Source of the DNA: an uncultured Gammaproteobacteria bacterium
GTDB lineage: Bacteria > Patescibacteriota > Microgenomatia > UBA8517
NCBI GenBank assembly: GCA_965231135.1
Contig: OZ246419.1
Span: 577,488 to 641,487, forward strand
Direction of reading: 5' to 3'
DNA: 64,000 nucleotides
The notes beneath the pieces are model-generated. The model was not told the DNA's origin. It was given only the letters and a program-made list of their open reading frames with translations, and did not search any database. A program made the translations under genes and the position numbers. Of this stretch, positions 58,742 to 64,000 are shown piece by piece. The stretch's first letter is position 1, and each line of letters begins with the position of its first letter.

Positions 58742-60448
58742 ATGGTTACCAAACGTGTAATTGCAATTGCAATTTTCGTTCTGCTTTTCGTAGTACAAGG
58801 AGTAGATGCGGGAGCCATCATCGCAACTGGTCCATTACCTGAGAATGGGAAACTTCAAGTTGTGTGGGGGCTAGCACCATCGGAACAATCAAGTGACGAA
58901 TGGATCGGATTGTTTTTGCAGGGTACATATCCTGGAAATCCAGTTCAACACATTTCAGTATCTGGTTCCAGCGGAGTTGTTTATATCGATCCTCCCACGA
59001 ATCCTGGAACATACAAGTTCTATCTTTTCAGTAATGGAGTGATGATACAACAAGGGAATACTACTACAATAACAGGTATTCCTCCGACAGCAACACCAGG
59101 GAACCCAAATCCGCAACCTGCAACAAACGGAACAATGCCCAGATTGGCTGGAGCACAACAACCTAATGTTCCTGGTGGTGTCAATCTTAGCGTTGTTTGT
59201 TATGACGCTAATTATCGCGACGGAGCAGTAAACATCGACAATCCTGCTGACGCAGATGGTTGGAGATGCAAAAGTGGTAATACACTAGGGACATTGGATT
59301 GGAATTTAATATGTCACAATGTCTACGGGGATGATTGGCATCCAGAAAGGATCTCAAACAATATTGATGGCTGGCGTTGTGCGCAAGGTGCAGTTGGACA
59401 ACCGCCGGTGATATATGTCACACCAACACCTAATCAAGTAAATCCTGTGGTTAGTAATAACAATTGCGGTGCTTTGGCGCCACAATTAAAAGCTGGACAA
59501 CAGGCAATGGTTACCCAAAACGGTAAGTCGTTGAATCTTCGAACCGGCCCTGGAGTTAGCAACGACCTCATTGAGGTTTTGCAACCGGGAACCATCGGAG
59601 TAGTTGTCGGCGGTCAATATCAATGCCGCGACGGCTACACTTGGTTTGAGTTGCAGTTCGGAAACGAGACTGGTTGGGTGGCAGAATCAGGGAGCGGATA
59701 CTATTGGATTACCAATAATCTGACTACCGCTCAACCGACAGCAGTTCCGCAGCCTCCCAATCCGCCAGTTCAAAATCCACTAAGCAATCCGTCGAATCCT
59801 TCGGGAAACAGCGGGAATGGAGGATCCGGAAACAGTACTGACAATGGATCTGGGGGTAATCAAAACCTTCCTTCGACAGCAGCTGGAGGAATCGATCTCT
59901 ATCAGTATTGCAAGTCGCTGGGATATGTGGACTTGAAGCTTGTAGTCGATAATATTGACGGCTGGAAATGTGTTGACTCCAACGGGCAGTTTGTTGGAAT
60001 TGATATGGATAAAGCATGTGCTTGGCAATACTACGGAGTACCATTCGACGCAGCTTTGTTCACCAATTCCAACGATGCGAGTACTTGGAAATGTTATCCA
60101 AACATTCCGTCGGGGCAGGAGCAAAGTTTTCAACGGGTAATTCAGGGTTTTCCTAATTTGCAACCCGATATTGCGTTTCGGTTAGTCACCGACTTGTCTC
60201 GAGCACAGAATGTATTGCTGTGTTCAGATGACTTTCAAGAATTGATCGGTAACGCAAGTGTTGTAGCTGGAGCTGTGGCTCATGGTGATTTGTCAGTACA
60301 GCTTCTTATGCCCGCCGGTATTTCCGATTCTTGTTCCGGAAGTTTTTCGGATCTGATGGATATTGTGGGTGCAGAATGGCCATCGATTCAATCCCAGTTA
60401 CAAAACGCCATTAACACAATTGGAGGCGTAATCGGAGACGTGGGGTAA
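58742..60448 (+). CDS. Secreted protein with an SH3 domain and four Cys-Trp repeats
   Basis: Signal peptide, SD AAGGAG, LNLRTGPG..GWVAE; four C..Y...W[RK]C units. Confidence 0.75.
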   Translation: MVTKRVIAIAIFVLLFVVQGVDAGAIIATGPLPENGKLQVVWGLAPSEQSSDEWIGLFLQGTYPGNPVQHISVSGSSGVVYIDPPTNPGTYKFYLFSNGVMIQQGNTTTITGIPPTATPGNPNPQPATNGTMPRLAGAQQPNVPGGVNLSVVCYDANYRDGAVNIDNPADADGWRCKSGNTLGTLDWNLICHNVYGDDWHPERISNNIDGWRCAQGAVGQPPVIYVTPTPNQVNPVVSNNNCGALAPQLKAGQQAMVTQNGKSLNLRTGPGVSNDLIEVLQPGTIGVVVGGQYQCRDGYTWFELQFGNETGWVAESGSGYYWITNNLTTAQPTAVPQPPNPPVQNPLSNPSNPSGNSGNGGSGNSTDNGSGGNQNLPSTAAGGIDLYQYCKSLGYVDLKLVVDNIDGWKCVDSNGQFVGIDMDKACAWQYYGVPFDAALFTNSNDASTWKCYPNIPSGQEQSFQRVIQGFPNLQPDIAFRLVTDLSRAQNVLLCSDDFQELIGNASVVAGAVAHGDLSVQLLMPAGISDSCSGSFSDLMDIVGAEWPSIQSQLQNAINTIGGVIGDVG

Positions 60449-60460
60449 TACGGGTATCAA

Positions 60461-60496
60461 TATATGGGGAATCCCTTTTTTGAGATTTCCCATATA
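60461..60496 (+). terminator. Hairpin / probable terminator after 58742-60448
   Basis: TATATGGGGAATC...GATTTCCCATATA. Confidence 0.55.
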
Positions 60497-60662
60497 ATTC
60501 CTTTTTGAACTAACTGATTCGAGATTTATTAATAATATTTATTAATTTTTGCAAAGTAAAATAATTGTTAATAGATCAAAAATTGATTTTAGATAATTAA
60601 GCGGTAAGTATAAATTGTTTTATTCATAAAAGCTTGGAATATAAGCACATACTTGCCGCTTT

Positions 60663-61049
60663 TTATTGCATTTTAGGATAAAAGTACAGTACTATAGAAG
60701 GTCCGATCACAACAAGTATCGAGTTCGGCGTAAGTTTATGTTGAGCAAATAGTACGATTTGAAAAATGATTAAAGTTGCAACATATCCAATTGCACCCCA
60801 TCTCTTCATATTCCAAAAACCGTAAAGCCATATTAAATTGATTGTATACAAAATCAATAAAAGTGGATCAATTTGCTTTCCGTTTATGAAAGTAAAGATT
60901 TTCTCGATAAATCCTGAAACAAGTAATATCCCTACAACTACAATCTCGCTTGGTCTTTTTTTATTTTTATATAGTAATTTTACAAATATATCCAGCACTA
61001 CCATCACTGCAATGACTGCTATAAAAGTTCCTATTACACCGACTTGCAT
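60663..61049 (-). CDS. Small multi-TM membrane protein
   Basis: Four to five hydrophobic segments; GFWNMKRWG. Confidence 0.65.
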   Translation of the reverse strand: MQVGVIGTFIAVIAVMVVLDIFVKLLYKNKKRPSEIVVVGILLVSGFIEKIFTFINGKQIDPLLLILYTINLIWLYGFWNMKRWGAIGYVATLIIFQIVLFAQHKLTPNSILVVIGPSIVLYFYPKMQ

Positions 61050-61085
61050 ATTAATATAATAACAAAATTAATAATATAAAAATAT

Positions 61086-61634
61086 TCAGTTATTAAAATT
61101 TACGAAAGAAAATATTAAATTTATTTTAATTTGATTAAAAATATTCTCCAGTATGTTTTGCGGATTATTTGTCCAAAGAAATGTGTAAACTGTATTTTTA
61201 AAATAAAGGATTAAAAGTTTTTCATATCCAGCTGTAGTATATCCATCAAGTAAATATGCATCTAATCCATGGAATTTTATTATGCTTTTTTCTGTTAGTC
61301 CGTGAACCGCCTGTAGATATACTATGTCTTGGCTATTAACACAGGTTTCTAAACTATTTTTACACCCTCTATCAGTCTCGGTTGTATCAATTGTTAAATT
61401 AAAGTCGTTATTTCCACTATTCACATTTAACTCTCCGAAGTTTTCAACGCTAGGTGTGTACAAAACAGAATCCGACTGTGGATACTTGATTGATATTTCG
61501 TTACTGGGAAATCTAAATGTTTTCCATGTTTGCATCCACAAAAAGACTCCTATCCCAACAATTAGAATTAAACCAAGAGTTGTTCCAACAACTATTGATA
61601 ATATTTTCTTCCAGTTCTTTTTAAGCTTTTTCAT
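61086..61634 (-). CDS. Membrane-anchored hypothetical protein (PsbP-like fold possible)
   Basis: TM then WKTF..ISIKYP; TGGTATAAT-6nt-ATG. Confidence 0.6.
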   Translation of the reverse strand: MKKLKKNWKKILSIVVGTTLGLILIVGIGVFLWMQTWKTFRFPSNEISIKYPQSDSVLYTPSVENFGELNVNSGNNDFNLTIDTTETDRGCKNSLETCVNSQDIVYLQAVHGLTEKSIIKFHGLDAYLLDGYTTAGYEKLLILYFKNTVYTFLWTNNPQNILENIFNQIKINLIFSFVNFNN

Positions 61635-61641
61635 ATGAATA

Positions 61642-63632
61642 TTATACCACCTCTTTAGCTTTTTTGCCCCATCTTTCGCGGGAAACTTTGATTATTTTTT
61701 CTTTATTTCCGTTTACTAAACTTGGCAATGGCAACGTAGTTGCCAGGAATGGCCTTTCGCTGTGGCCATCGATCATCATCCTTAGGGCTATCTGATAATT
61801 TTGCATATTAATTAAATTGTCCTGGGTAAAAACGTTGGCAAATTCACTAGCTAAAATTCTTGCATCGCTTGCTCCTGCAGAGAAGGCAATTAAAGTCCCG
61901 GCATTTCCTAAAATTGCTTTTTGGACTTGAGGAGGAATTTGGTCGATATATTGATTAGCAAGCATTAAATTTAGATGATATTTGCGGGCTTCAGAGAGAA
62001 TTTTGATAAAAGAATCTGTGGCAAAATTTTGAAATTCATCAACATACAGATAAAAATCTTTTCTTTCGTTTTCATTTATATTTACGCGCTTCATCGCTGC
62101 AAGCTGAAGCTTAGTGATAAGCATTGCTCCAAGAAGTTTTCCATTATCTTCGCCGATTTTTCCTTGAGAAAGATTGGCAATAAGAATTTTTCCTGATTCG
62201 ATTACTTCTTCCAAATTAATGGTGCTTTTGGGCTTATCTATGACATTACGAAGAAGGGGAGAGGTAACAAACTGGCCAATTTTATTAAGAATAGGAAAAA
62301 CAACTTCTTTTTGAAGATTGGGCGGTAAATTTTCAAATTCATTTTCCCAGAAACTTTTTAAAACTTTGTCGTTTAGGTTTTGAGTAATTTCTAACCTAAA
62401 ATTTCTATCTGTTAATATTCTTGGGACATCTGCTAAAGTAGCGTCTGGGACTTCAGTCAAAGTTAAAAGTGCATTTCTTAAAACATATTCCAAACGCGGA
62501 CCCCAGAATTGTCCAAAGATTTTGCTGAAAATGGCGATAATTCCGGAAACAACAAACTCTGCTTCGTCTTTATCGGTAACCTCCAAAGGATTAATAGAAA
62601 TAGGAAATTCTCGGTCTGCCGGGTTTAAATAAATGACATCATTAATGCGAGAAGCGGGAATGTGATTTAATAAAATATCTGCCAAATCTCCATGCGGATC
62701 AATGACGGCAATTCCTTTACCTTTTCGAATATCATCAATTGCAAGATTGGCAATAAGAGTTGATTTGCCTGTACCTGTTTTTCCGATTGCCCAAATGTGG
62801 CGGCGACGGTCGTCATCTTTTATCCCAAAAACTGTTTCTTTATTTTTAAATGTAGTTTTAGCAAAGAAATTTACATTTTCTGTTGGCAAATTTAGAGGCG
62901 GGTCAGACAAAATTTCTGTGCCCCAGGAAAGGCCAGAAGTTTTAACTAAATTGGAAGGCAAATGCCAGAGAGTTGCCAATTCTTTGATATTTAAAATCGA
63001 AAAACTTGATAATTTTAAGAAATTTTTAGTAACAAAAGAATTTCCATCGGCGCGAGTAAAAACGCTAAATGAATCAATTAAAGAACTTAAAAGAGTTTTG
63101 TTATTTGATGAAATTTGAATTTTTACTTGAAAGGCCGGGCTTTCAGTTTTATTAAAAATTGGAGTCTTGTTTGTTTCTGGGTTATCGGCAATATATTTTT
63201 GAGCTTTGGCGACCCATGAGTCGCCTGTGCTTTTTAATTCATATTTAATTTCAGCAGTGTCTTTGTCTGAGGCTTTGGATAAAAGAGTTAAAAGAGTTGC
63301 AAGAGAATCAGATTCTTTGAAATCTGCGAAAATTTTAATAGGATAATAACTGCCGTATTTTAAAATTAAATTTTTCTTAAACTGCAAAGACTCCTGATGT
63401 TTAGTTTTTCGACTGTAATTGTTGGGTAGGCTGAAAAAAGAGATGACTCTACAAAATCTGACTGGCTTTTATGACAGACAATTTTAAAATTTATTTGTTT
63501 ACTGGCGAGAAAAATAATTAAAGAAATGGGGGATTTGGTCGAAAGAATTGATGAAAGAAAAGTAAGCGCTGCATCAGGCGTGATTTCAGTATTTCTGGGA
63601 AGTTTTAGATTATAAACTACAGATTCAGCCAT
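61642..63632 (-). CDS. HerA/VirD4-TraD-like ATPase, split by a 1-nt frameshift near 63407
   Basis: GKTGTGKS, IDPHGD, LYVDEFQNF, SEARKY..LANQY. ORF 63366-63632 joins ORF 61642-63387 if one A is added to an A5 run. Confidence 0.85.
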
Positions 63633-63667
63633 GATAATGATTCATTATATAGTATAATATTTATTAT

Positions 63668-64000
63668 ATGTTTATTTTTAGAAGCATTAAAAGATTTTTG
63701 GTTGGGTGTTTATTAATTGTGGTCATCCTAATTATTTTAGGATTAATTTTTAGCGGAGTAATTATTAAAAAAGTAATAACTGGAGCAATTCAGCAAAAAA
63801 CTGGAGTTTCTGTAAATGTGGATAATAATAACAAGAGCTTGACTTATACAGATCCAAAAACTGGGCAAACCCTTTCAATTGGCAATAATAAAATTCCAGA
63901 TAACTTTCCTAAGGATTTTCCTATATATCCAGGCAGCAGCGTCACTACATCGCTTTCTGGAAATCAAAACGGACAAGGGAACGGATACTGGCTTACTTTA
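63668..64000 (+). CDS. Membrane-anchored hypothetical protein, runs off the window
   Basis: MFIFRSIKRFLVGCLLIVV..IPDNFPKDFPIYPGS; open to the end. Confidence 0.7.
   Translation, partial: MFIFRSIKRFLVGCLLIVVILIILGLIFSGVIIKKVITGAIQQKTGVSVNVDNNNKSLTYTDPKTGQTLSIGNNKIPDNFPKDFPIYPGSSVTTSLSGNQNGQGNGYWLTL

Overview
Low-GC chromosomal segment that looks like a Patescibacteria (CPR, Microgenomates-like) genome. That assignment is inferred from the streamlined tig/thrS/pheT/holB, a DUF5660-like gene, a complete type IV pilus locus and many apparently leaderless genes. The backbone holds translation genes (tig, thrS-infC-rpmI-rplT-pheS-pheT, tyrS, rpmF, rpsP, typA), recG, nusB, rnc, gyrB, ppa, a class A PBP, a FecR/CHASE2 adenylate cyclase pair, a pilB-pilT-pilC-pilin-pilD-pilMNO cluster and several secreted Cys-rich or SH3 proteins. 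Four things stand out. (1) A ~7.2 kb element integrated in tRNA-Val(GAC), bounded by a perfect 50-bp direct repeat. It carries a tyrosine integrase, a HEPN-like protein, a phage-capsid-like stub and a compact RiPP-type cluster: an 11-Cys repeat peptide, YcaO, a SagB-type dehydrogenase, a His-phosphatase and an APH-like kinase. (2) A minimal, apparently translational T-box before thrS whose off-state hairpin buries the AUG. (3) A uORF plus 1:2/2:3/3:4 attenuator before a YkgJ-type gene. (4) A family of short palindromic repeats lying in frame inside pheT, recG and an ABC transporter. A RHH/RelE-type toxin-antitoxin pair, rpmF, a small membrane ORF and several pseudogenes are missing from the ORF track. 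All calls come from reading motifs by eye; no searches were run.
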